Positions 1-8,467 of a stretch of 36,860 nt of DNA are shown piece after piece. The position numbers and the translations under genes are program-made. Origin of the DNA: Candidatus Pacearchaeota archaeon. GTDB taxonomy: Archaea; Nanobdellota; Nanobdellia; Pacearchaeales; UBA284. Location of the stretch: NCBI GenBank assembly GCA_038895375.1, contig JAWANM010000005.1:1-36860 (forward strand), written 5' to 3'. The notes beneath the pieces are model-generated. The model ran no database searches and was not told the DNA's origin. It saw nothing but the letters and a program-made list of their open reading frames with translations. Positions within the stretch are counted from its first letter, which is position 1. Each line of letters starts with the position of its first letter.

Positions 1-78
1 TTTTCTTATAAAAAAGAAGTAAAACGCTGCAATTGCAGCTGCAACTATTATGATTATCCAGAAAGGAAATTTTGCTTT
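1..78. repeat. Terminal direct repeat, left copy (78 bp, identical to 36783..36860)
   Basis: Direct comparison: ttttcttataaaaaagaagtaaaacgctgc...gaaaggaaattttgcttt is identical at both window ends. Confidence 0.97.
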
Positions 79-2058
79 TTTCTTGCATTCGCCCAAACAG
101 CATCTTGGCTCTAGAGCATTTGTGGCGAAATTCCTAGTGCATATCTCGTCGGAACTACAAATTACTCCTCCGAGTTCGTCGCAAGGCTTTTTTGTTTCGC
201 AAGATCCTTCGCAGCAATAATCCGTGTCGAGAGTTTTTCTAATATTGCCTATACATTCTCCTGTTTCGCATTTTGTTCCTATTTCACTGCAATACTTGTT
301 TAGCACGCATTCTCCTGTACAGCATCTTTCAGTATCTTTTGTTTTTATAAAATCTATTATGTCTCTTGATTCGTCTATGCAAGTTTCTCCCGACAAACAT
401 TTTTTTCCGATGTAGTCTGCTTCGCAGTATTTGTTTTCAAAATCTTTCGGAACACAAGTGCCGAGACAACATTTTTCTCCATAGCTATCTCTGCTTTCGA
501 CTTCCCTGCCTATGCATTCTTGTGTCTCATTGCAGAAAGTTCCGTTCATTTCCTCACAATTCAAATCAAAATAAGCAACACAACATTTTTGATTGTTTAA
601 GCATGACCAGTGCCACTCCAATTCGTAAGTTGAGCACTCTTCTTTGCATGTTCCTCCTTGAGCTATACAATCATAAGTTTCGCCGCCAGTAATTTTACAA
701 CATGTTTTATCGGGAGGGCAATCTAGTTGTCCTTCGTCTATTTCGTCGGCGGAACAAACGTATTTGCACGAGCCTCCTATCCCCGCACACTGTGCAGCAC
801 CGCCATAACCCGGTGCGAGATGAGGCCAAAACTGCCATAAAACAAATGCATTTTCAATTATTTTCGTTGCACTTTCTGTTCCGCCTGCAGGATCTGAGAA
901 ATAGCCTCTTGTAGCTGTTTCTTGATTATAAGTTTTCAAAATCCACTCTTTTGCTTTCTCGAAGTCTGCATTTCCCTGAAGCATTAATTTTGCGAGAGCT
1001 GTATTGTAGAGAGTTCCATAAAAAGTTCCGCCGTCTGCTTTTTGTATTTTCCAGTAGCCGGCACGTTGTTGCAAGTTTATTGTTTCTTGTACAAAAACGC
1101 CATCGATGATAAAAGCGAGAAATGCAGAAGGAAAATATCCTTTGTTGTTTCCGTCTTCTTTATTCACTGTAAGATATGGAACAAAAAGATTTGCACTTTC
1201 TTTTTCTTGCTGCTTTGCAAGAACATAGGCGGCCCATAAAGTGCCTTCATAGTTGCAAGTATCGCCTTCGCCCAGGCAATAACTTGGTACTTTTAGCCTT
1301 GGTTCTAGATCTTGTGCAGGCTCGTCCGGCTTTGCAGGAAAGCCACTTGCTGTTTGGGCAGATACATACCATTTATTGTCAGCAGGGCTTTTTTTGTAAA
1401 GGAAAGTGGCTGTAACATAAGTTGCGTTTTCACTCCAACACTTGATTGCATATTCTTCTTTCAAGCATTCTGGTGTGTCTTTTAATTTGAACCAGTATGT
1501 TGGCGTTGTAGCGATTTCAAAACAAGCGCTAGTGCCATTGAGCCCAACAGTTTTGTCGGCATTTATGATAAAAATTTTTTCACTTTTATCGAGATAATAA
1601 ATTTCACACAGAGCGTCTGCGTTTCTATCTACATCGATTTGCAAATACCAATGAATTCCTCTTTGCACTTTTTTCTTGCTGAGAATCCAGTTTGTTACTT
1701 TTGTTGTATTCATTCCCAATTCGTCGAGAGCAAGTTTCGCGATAGAAGTTTCAACAAGCTTGCAGTCTTTTTCAGAGCTTGCATTCATAATGCCCCAACA
1801 TCTTATACTAGCATTACTAAAACTTCTTCTCCATAGAGAAGAGTTTCCTTGTTGTAAGTAAGTCGAATTGGCTTTTAAAGCGAGCAATGCTAAAGCATTT
1901 TCTTTCGTGTTCAAGTTTTGCCATTTGTTTTTTGTTTTATTTATGAGCCAAGAATAAACGTTTTCTATCTTTTGCTGTTCCGTTAGATCTGCTTTAGTTG
2001 TTTGAATCGAAGCTAGAAGTAAGATTAAGATTAAGGCAAATATCACAACTCTTTTCAT
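1..2058 (-). CDS. Large secreted, membrane-anchored protein, 5' part; continues across the junction into 36782..36573 (755 aa total). N-terminal helical region resembling prenyltransferase/squalene-oxidase-type repeats, then Cys-rich repeats and a C-terminal TM helix
   Basis: Manually translated; not in the ORF track. ATG at 2058 (MKRVVIFALILILLLASIQTTKA, signal peptide), no stop codon over 686 codons to base 1, ending ...KKAKFPFWIIIIVAAAIAAFYFFFIRK. A TATA-like TTTTAAAG lies about 22 bp upstream. The fold call is inference from motifs such as ETSIAKLAL..NWILSKK and YNTALAKL..KAKEWIL. Confidence 0.9.
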   Translation of the reverse strand, partial: MKRVVIFALILILLLASIQTTKADLTEQQKIENVYSWLINKTKNKWQNLNTKENALALLALKANSTYLQQGNSSLWRRSFSNASIRCWGIMNASSEKDCKLVETSIAKLALDELGMNTTKVTNWILSKKKVQRGIHWYLQIDVDRNADALCEIYYLDKSEKIFIINADKTVGLNGTSACFEIATTPTYWFKLKDTPECLKEEYAIKCWSENATYVTATFLYKKSPADNKWYVSAQTASGFPAKPDEPAQDLEPRLKVPSYCLGEGDTCNYEGTLWAAYVLAKQQEKESANLFVPYLTVNKEDGNNKGYFPSAFLAFIIDGVFVQETINLQQRAGYWKIQKADGGTFYGTLYNTALAKLMLQGNADFEKAKEWILKTYNQETATRGYFSDPAGGTESATKIIENAFVLWQFWPHLAPGYGGAAQCAGIGGSCKYVCSADEIDEGQLDCPPDKTCCKITGGETYDCIAQGGTCKEECSTYELEWHWSCLNNQKCCVAYFDLNCEEMNGTFCNETQECIGREVESRDSYGEKCCLGTCVPKDFENKYCEADYIGKKCLSGETCIDESRDIIDFIKTKDTERCCTGECVLNKYCSEIGTKCETGECIGNIRKTLDTDYCCEGSCETKKPCDELGGVICSSDEICTRNFATNALEPRCCLGECKKKAKFPFWIIIIVAAAIAAFYFFFIRK

Positions 2059-2096
2059 AGTGTTTTTAAGTTTAAACACTTTAAAATGTTTTCGGT

Positions 2097-3449
2097 TTAT
2101 TCGCCTTTTTGTTTATTTTTTAATTTCTTTGTTCTTTTTGTTTTTTGCAATCTAGCTTTTCGTATCGCATAGCTTACAGGATTTTTTATTTTGTTGCATA
2201 AGTTATCCGGTTCGCAAATCATAAGGTCTTGATAGTATTGCTTGCAGTTCGGAGGTAATTTTGGTTCTTGTTTTTTGAACCAATTTAACTGTGCTTTAAT
2301 ATAGCTTTCACGCAAAGGCTTGTAGTTTTTCTTGTTCCATTCTTCGATCAGTTTTTCCAATTCTTCTAGCCCTGTTCCCAAGGAACGAGAAAAATTTATC
2401 AAAACAAACAAAGCCCTTTTTCTTCCATCTTGTTTCATGCCTTCGAGAATTTTTTTAATACAAGGCGGTAAAGTTTCTTGGTCTAATGGAATTTTTGTAA
2501 TAATTTCTGTTTTTTGTTCTGTCTTTATTGTTCTTTTTTCTTGTTTTTGTTTTTTCGTGTACCAATCTATTGCCTGCAAAAGCAACTCGGAAGCCTCGTT
2601 TTTTTCGACTTGTTTTAAAAAAGGCTTCGGAAAAACTCTTTCTGGTTTGGCCCAATTGAGATGAAAAGCTTTGAGTTGTTCTGGATTTATGACGCAAGAC
2701 ACAAGGCCAGAAATTTCATTCAAGGAGTATGCGGCTCTATAGAGATGTCTTGGAGCTATCAGCGTAGTGTCTATTTCAAGTATTGAATAAGGATTGAATT
2801 TGCCGTCTTCGAGCAACTCGCTTATCGGCTTTTGCGAAGATGCTGAAATTTCTTTTAAAGTTGAAATTTCTAGAATTCTTTCTGCCAAATCTTTCTTTAT
2901 CATCTCTTTCAAGTAACTTGCTATTATTCTAGGACCTTGAGGAAAAAAATCTTTTACTTGAATGTTTTGAATTTTTTTTGGAAAAGCATCAAAAGCTAGG
3001 CCGATGTGCCATCCTTTGCGTCCTGAAAATTTCAAGCCGAAGTTCTCGATGTTATGGAAACGTAAAGCTTCGCAAAGCAAAGAAGCAGCTATTTTGCTGT
3101 ACTCCAAGTAAGGACAGTCTATATCGAGGATTAGGTCCCAACCTATTCGTAACTTGTTCAAAGATTCTTGAGTCAAGCTTGCGCTTAGCTTCAAAGGATC
3201 CTGCCAGATTTCTTCTGAAATGTGAAAACTAGTTGCACCTTTTTGCACGTAACTCATCAAGTCTGATTCATATTCTATAGCATCAGGTCTTTTTCCAACG
3301 ACAAGCATTTCTTTTGAGATTTTGCCTTTTTCCTGTTTCAAATATGTCGGAACAACTTCACGATTTTTTACTTGCGCTATAATTGCTTTTTGAATGTCTT
3401 TTCTTCTGTAATAGAAGTAAGCAATTTTTCTCAATTTTTCTATTTCCAT
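2097..3449 (-). CDS. priSL: Fused archaeo-eukaryotic primase (PriS catalytic domain + PriL C-terminal Fe-S domain)
   Basis: AEP motifs WDLILDID, KFSGRKGWH and IDTTLIAPRHLYRAAYSLN, followed by the PriL-CTD pattern LPPC...GRKRALF...PPNC...C...C..KNP. The ATG at 3449 is preferred over the TTG at 3470. Confidence 0.9.
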   Translation of the reverse strand: MEIEKLRKIAYFYYRRKDIQKAIIAQVKNREVVPTYLKQEKGKISKEMLVVGKRPDAIEYESDLMSYVQKGATSFHISEEIWQDPLKLSASLTQESLNKLRIGWDLILDIDCPYLEYSKIAASLLCEALRFHNIENFGLKFSGRKGWHIGLAFDAFPKKIQNIQVKDFFPQGPRIIASYLKEMIKKDLAERILEISTLKEISASSQKPISELLEDGKFNPYSILEIDTTLIAPRHLYRAAYSLNEISGLVSCVINPEQLKAFHLNWAKPERVFPKPFLKQVEKNEASELLLQAIDWYTKKQKQEKRTIKTEQKTEIITKIPLDQETLPPCIKKILEGMKQDGRKRALFVLINFSRSLGTGLEELEKLIEEWNKKNYKPLRESYIKAQLNWFKKQEPKLPPNCKQYYQDLMICEPDNLCNKIKNPVSYAIRKARLQKTKRTKKLKNKQKGE

Positions 3450-3459
3450 TTGTCGAGTT

Positions 3460-4896
3460 TTATTCTTCAAAATAAAAAGTCTTTCCAGTATTTTGGACGA
3501 CCTTGTATTTTATGTCTCCAGCCACCCACCCTTTGTCTCCAGATTTACGGTATTTTTTATTTATTGTAGCTTTTAATTGAAATGGTTCGTGATTAATTTT
3601 TTCTTCAATTATTTGATCTAACTTTCCGACCAGATCCAAAATTTCAAAGTTCCTTGATAAATCTTCTGGTGTTACTCTACATACTTTATACTTGTTTGTT
3701 GTACATTCTTCTTCTACGATCCAATTTAATTCCACTTCCTTTTTTTTGTAGTTTTCGGTAAATTCAAAAACAAATCTATATTCTTTGGCATTGGCTATAA
3801 CTTTAATTTCTTTCGTTCTTCTATACCCTGATTCGCCGTAAGTGTTTTCCCAGTAGAGGGTGCAAAAATTTTCGTATCCATCGCATATTTCATACATTAC
3901 TTTTTCTTTTATTTTTTCATAAAGCGGATAACCAACGCGATTTCTTTCGTCTACAAAAACAGTATCCTTTTCTTTGGTGGGAATTATTTCGATCTCTTTT
4001 CTGTACCATCCGTTGCATTCAAATTCTACGAGGTATGTACCGCAAGGAATTTTGCAAGGATCTGTCAAGACAAGACAATTTTTTTCAAAATTTTCAAATG
4101 AGATCGGAGTTTTCCTTATAAAAAAGACCTTCTTTTTCAGTTCCTTTTCTTCCCACGGCAGTATAGTCGACGATGGAAATATTTGTGTTTTACCCTTTTT
4201 TATTATCGGAGTAAAGCCCTTTTTCGATAAGTTTACATTTATATTTATTCTGCCTGGAGCATCGCAGTAAATCTTCGATGGAGAGAACTCGGCATCAAGA
4301 AAATTGTTTTTAATTTTTAGTGAGGGAGTGTACGGTGTTTCTGCTCTTATTTTTCCTTTTGCAACACCATCACTATTCAAATCGAAATAAAGTTCTTTAT
4401 CTTTCTCTTTTAGTACAAGAGTTGGTTCAAGTCGTAAGATATTTTCAGGAATTTGGAGATGCATTTCTAAAGGTATTAAAGGGACTTTCTTTATTTCAAG
4501 ATCCAAAGTTTCCGGATACGTAAATTTACCCTCTCTTATTAAAAAGTTCTCATGGGCATTCACTACAACGCTTTCTGGCAAAATGTCAATATCGGCGTCC
4601 AATCCTTGAATGATTAGAGCATTCCAAACGTCATAAGCGCCTTCTCCTAGTTCTAGAGTGAAACTGGATATTCCTGGTTGGACTTCTTTAGTCTCGTGAA
4701 AGTAAGCTTGACCGTATTCATTCGTGTAAAATCTGCTGAAACGAAGAAGTAAAGAATGGTTTGTTTTATTGCTGACTTTAACGTCAATACTAACCGGCTT
4801 TGGAGTTCTAACGATCAATTTACTCTCTCTAGCGTTAGCGTTGGTGAAAAAACTTGCCAAAAAAAACAAAAGAGACAATGTTTTTTCTGTCTTCAT
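3460..4896 (-). CDS. Hypothetical secreted beta-rich protein
   Basis: Long ORF. The likely start is MKTEKTLSLLFFLASFFTNANA (signal peptide) at 4896. No family recognised. Confidence 0.7.
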   Translation of the reverse strand: MKTEKTLSLLFFLASFFTNANARESKLIVRTPKPVSIDVKVSNKTNHSLLLRFSRFYTNEYGQAYFHETKEVQPGISSFTLELGEGAYDVWNALIIQGLDADIDILPESVVVNAHENFLIREGKFTYPETLDLEIKKVPLIPLEMHLQIPENILRLEPTLVLKEKDKELYFDLNSDGVAKGKIRAETPYTPSLKIKNNFLDAEFSPSKIYCDAPGRININVNLSKKGFTPIIKKGKTQIFPSSTILPWEEKELKKKVFFIRKTPISFENFEKNCLVLTDPCKIPCGTYLVEFECNGWYRKEIEIIPTKEKDTVFVDERNRVGYPLYEKIKEKVMYEICDGYENFCTLYWENTYGESGYRRTKEIKVIANAKEYRFVFEFTENYKKKEVELNWIVEEECTTNKYKVCRVTPEDLSRNFEILDLVGKLDQIIEEKINHEPFQLKATINKKYRKSGDKGWVAGDIKYKVVQNTGKTFYFEE

Positions 4897-4978
4897 TTGG
4901 AAGGCAGAGATTTTCAAGTTTTTAAAGATTATTTTTATAAACAACAAAATTTAAAAGTATGAAAGCTTAAAAAATATT

Positions 4979-5707
4979 ATGCTGCTCAAACTTAACGACT
5001 CGAGGTTGCTTGCCGATGTAATTGCGCTTGTTTCAGAGCTTGTGTTAGAAGTTAATGCGAAAGTAACCAAGCAAGGTTTTGAGATCATGGCCATAGATCC
5101 GGCAAATGTTGCTCTTGTTGACTTGAAAATTCCTGCTTCTGCTTTTTCTACTTTTCAGCTAGATCGTGAAGAGGAGCTCGGGCTTAATCTTGAGGATTTC
5201 AAACAAGTGCTAAGAAGAGCAGGCAATTCATCAATCGTTTTAGAAAAAGAAAACAACAATTTGAAAATTAAAATAGAAGATAAAACAAGAAGAACTTTTT
5301 ATCTTGCTTTAATCAATCTCGAGCCGGAAGAAAAAAAAGTTCCAAACTTGAGTTTCAATTCGAAAATAGAAATGAATCCTTTGGACTTTGCTGAAATTAT
5401 AAACGATGCAGCGATTGTTGCAGATTCTTGCAGTTTCGTTGCAACAAAAAATAGTTTCTTGATCGAGGCAAAAGGAACTTTGCATGCTTCGAAAACAGAA
5501 TTGAGCTCTGATGAAGTGAAAATAACAACAGAGCAAGAGTCAAAAGCAAAGTATAGTTTGGATTATCTTGTAAAATTTGCCAAAGCCTCGAGATTTGCAG
5601 AAAAGCTTGTAATTTCTTTTTCTGACGAATATCCTGCAAAGTTTGAGTTCAAAAGTAAAGAGCTCGATCTTAGCTTTATCCTTGCTCCTAGAAGCGAAGA
5701 GGATTAG
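4979..5707 (+). CDS. pcn: DNA sliding clamp PCNA
   Basis: Motifs AIDPANVALVDL, LGLNLEDFKQVLRR, AKYSLDYL and FILAPR; 242 aa. Confidence 0.97.
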   Translation: MLLKLNDSRLLADVIALVSELVLEVNAKVTKQGFEIMAIDPANVALVDLKIPASAFSTFQLDREEELGLNLEDFKQVLRRAGNSSIVLEKENNNLKIKIEDKTRRTFYLALINLEPEEKKVPNLSFNSKIEMNPLDFAEIINDAAIVADSCSFVATKNSFLIEAKGTLHASKTELSSDEVKITTEQESKAKYSLDYLVKFAKASRFAEKLVISFSDEYPAKFEFKSKELDLSFILAPRSEED

Positions 5708-5789
5708 CTTACGATACAGCATTGCTGTTTTTAGCTAAATTTTGATTTAATTAAGAAAATTTTATAAATGCTTGAATGCTTAGAATAGA

Positions 5790-6617
5790 ATGCAGAAAAG
5801 AGGACAGCTTACGCTTTTTATTATTGTTGCCGTTGCGGTTATTGCAGCTATACTTATTGCTGTTTTTCTTTGGCCTTCGATTCGTGACATGTTCATATCG
5901 GAAGAAAAAGCATCGCAAATTTTAGCAAGTCAGGTAGAACCTTTGAGAGACGCTGTTCATGACTGCGTAAAACAAGTTAGTCTTGAGGCTTTTAAAAAAA
6001 TCGGAATGCAAGCAGGCTATTATGATACGACTGGCTTGAATAGTTTATATTTTGCAGGAAACGATTTTTTTGTTGTTATGTTCAAAGATAGTGAAAATCA
6101 GAAAATCAACAAATTGCCGAGCTTGAGTCAGATCGAAAATCAATATTCTTTATTTCTTGAAAGGGAAGGATATGCAGCTATAGATTCTTGTCTCAATGAT
6201 TTTAAAACTTTCAAGCGTTCCATTGTTGTTGAACCATTGGAGAGAAAAATAAAATCATTCATTTATGCAGATTCTATAATAATTGCGGTAGACTGGCCGA
6301 TTAAGATTTCAAAGAAAACTGCTAGAAAAACAGTAGAGCAAGTTGTTTCACAAAAAGATGTTATGTTGTTAATACCTTTGGGCAATATGTGGAAAATAGC
6401 AAACTCTATTGTTGATTGTGAAACACAGCCCAATTGCAGATATGAAGGCCTTAGATGGGACTATGAAAATTGGAACAATCCTTTCAGAGTGCAATACATA
6501 ACAAAAGACGCCCGAAGCTTGAATGCAAATCAAATTGTTTTTATATTTGAGAGCATACCTTACAGGCCTGACGAAATGCCATATAAATTTCACTTTGCAA
6601 TAGACAGAGGAAAATAA
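5790..6617 (+). CDS. Type IV pilin-like protein with class III signal peptide
   Basis: N-terminus MQKRG|QLTLFIIVAVAVIAAILIAVF fits the archaeal prepilin peptidase (PibD/FlaK) cleavage pattern followed by a hydrophobic helix. Confidence 0.75.
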   Translation: MQKRGQLTLFIIVAVAVIAAILIAVFLWPSIRDMFISEEKASQILASQVEPLRDAVHDCVKQVSLEAFKKIGMQAGYYDTTGLNSLYFAGNDFFVVMFKDSENQKINKLPSLSQIENQYSLFLEREGYAAIDSCLNDFKTFKRSIVVEPLERKIKSFIYADSIIIAVDWPIKISKKTARKTVEQVVSQKDVMLLIPLGNMWKIANSIVDCETQPNCRYEGLRWDYENWNNPFRVQYITKDARSLNANQIVFIFESIPYRPDEMPYKFHFAIDRGK

Positions 6618-6618
6618 A

Positions 6619-8466
6619 ATGGAAAAAATTGAAAGAAAAGCAGTTTCGATAATTTTAATTTTAGCGGTGTTTGTGTTTATCGCTTTGAGCTCGGTAAAAG
6701 CGCAAGAGCAAGAAGGCTGTTGTCTTGATACGGGCTCGCAACAGTGTGTTAGAACAACTCGTTCTGCATGCATGGGTCGATTCTATACAGGGCCTCCTTA
6801 TGATTGCAGCAATGTTCCGGAGTGTAAGCCACAAACATGCATTCCTAAAGAAAAATCTCAACCATGCTTAAGAAACAAACCTGTTGCTGAATGTCTTGCT
6901 ATGAACGGCGTGCCAGATCCTAGAGCTTTGGAGGAAATTCCTCAGTGCAAGCAGGGTTGTTGTATTATAGCTAAAGGTGTTAAAGCAGAAATATTGCAGC
7001 TAAGGCAATGCGAAAATCTTACTCTTGCTTTGGGCTATCAATTAGAAATGATGGAGTTTAAGCAAGACATAACGAGCGAGGTTGAATGTAAAAAAGCCGG
7101 ATCGCCTACTGATCTTGGCTGTTGTGTTCTTGGCGGCGGTTCTTGTAAGTATGGCGCTAGAGCCGAGTGTACAGAAGGCAATTTTGTTCCTCTTGCAGGA
7201 GGTCTTTTTTGTAGAGATGTTGCTGCATGTGCTTTAACAAGCCATAGCTATTTTGATTGTGGCAAGCTTCCCGGAACAGAAACAGATATCTATTGGTTCG
7301 ATAGTCAAGGAAATCAAGAAGAGCTAAAAGAAAGCTGCGAGTATCCTTTGAAGATTTGTACAAAAACAAAAGAAGGAAATGCTTTTTGCAAGGATACTTC
7401 TTGTAAAGTAACAGGAGAAGCGCAAAAAATGTCTGAAAGACCGCCAAGAGTTGAAAAAATAAAAATAGATACAAAACTTTTAACAGGAACGAGCATATGT
7501 TATAATTTTTATACTCATTACACCGGCAAAAGCGAGGATGAGAGTATAGCATATTTACAAGGAAGAAGCACCGGGTTGCAAAATCAAATTTTGCATTGCA
7601 GTTTTGGTAATGTAGAAATAGAAGCTTTGGGCATCGATAGGCAAAAGCTGTGCGTGCCGGCAGAATCAAAAAGTTCTTCGAGCATCGGAGCAGCATTTCA
7701 TGCCAATGTTAAAGTAAATCGATGGGAAAACTGTAGTAAGTGCGGCGAGCCCAAAGGCTTTCTTGGCGAAATAGGCAATGCTGTTGGCGACTTTCTTGGG
7801 CCTGCCGGGTGGGGCTTTCTTGCATTTCCAACCGGTAAAATGTTTTCATCGTTGTTTGGCGATTATTGCACAAAAGAAAAATGTGAAGCTTTAGGAGATT
7901 GTTACTTTCATGAAGATCTGCCGGATATATACAAATTTGGCGGATCGGTGATTGGAGGAACGCCAGTAGGCTCTTGCGATCCTATTTATCCGCCGGGAAG
8001 TTTGGCAAGTAAATGCATAGAATGTGGTGGCGGAGGTGATGCTATATGGAATTTGTGCACTAGAGCAGAATGCTATAGCAAGGGAGATTGTCAGTTTAGA
8101 GCAGCAAGCTGGTATGTAAAGGGAGGAACTTTCTTATGGTTCTGGCCAGGCCTTGCGATAGGCGAAAGAATTTCAAGCATAATTCCAGAATGTGGTGTTA
8201 CAACAATATATTGCATGATTAACTGCGCAGAGGGCTGTTCTGATTCTGCTTGTTTGCATCCGTCAAACAACAACTTTTTCAAGTGTCTTGGTGATAGGGC
8301 AAGCGCTTATGCTATTTATGCTCCTGCATGGATAGTAAGCGGCAATCTAATAAAGGATGCTTGGAATGCTTTAAGTAGTAGAGTAACGGATACTATTATT
8401 AATAAAGCGACAGAAAAAGCAACAGAAAGCGTTTTCAAAGAAGAAAAAGGTAAAGAAGGAGGTTGA
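6619..8466 (+). CDS. Secreted Cys-rich protein
   Basis: Signal peptide, repeated GCC motifs and very high Cys content; 1 bp from both neighbours, so probably an operon. Confidence 0.8.
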   Translation: MEKIERKAVSIILILAVFVFIALSSVKAQEQEGCCLDTGSQQCVRTTRSACMGRFYTGPPYDCSNVPECKPQTCIPKEKSQPCLRNKPVAECLAMNGVPDPRALEEIPQCKQGCCIIAKGVKAEILQLRQCENLTLALGYQLEMMEFKQDITSEVECKKAGSPTDLGCCVLGGGSCKYGARAECTEGNFVPLAGGLFCRDVAACALTSHSYFDCGKLPGTETDIYWFDSQGNQEELKESCEYPLKICTKTKEGNAFCKDTSCKVTGEAQKMSERPPRVEKIKIDTKLLTGTSICYNFYTHYTGKSEDESIAYLQGRSTGLQNQILHCSFGNVEIEALGIDRQKLCVPAESKSSSSIGAAFHANVKVNRWENCSKCGEPKGFLGEIGNAVGDFLGPAGWGFLAFPTGKMFSSLFGDYCTKEKCEALGDCYFHEDLPDIYKFGGSVIGGTPVGSCDPIYPPGSLASKCIECGGGGDAIWNLCTRAECYSKGDCQFRAASWYVKGGTFLWFWPGLAIGERISSIIPECGVTTIYCMINCAEGCSDSACLHPSNNNFFKCLGDRASAYAIYAPAWIVSGNLIKDAWNALSSRVTDTIINKATEKATESVFKEEKGKEGG

Positions 8467-8467
8467 A

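Noticed and set aside
224-1861. Short plus-strand ORFs listed in the track
   Set aside because: They are antisense shadows of the long minus-strand gene that the track missed because it runs off the window edge.
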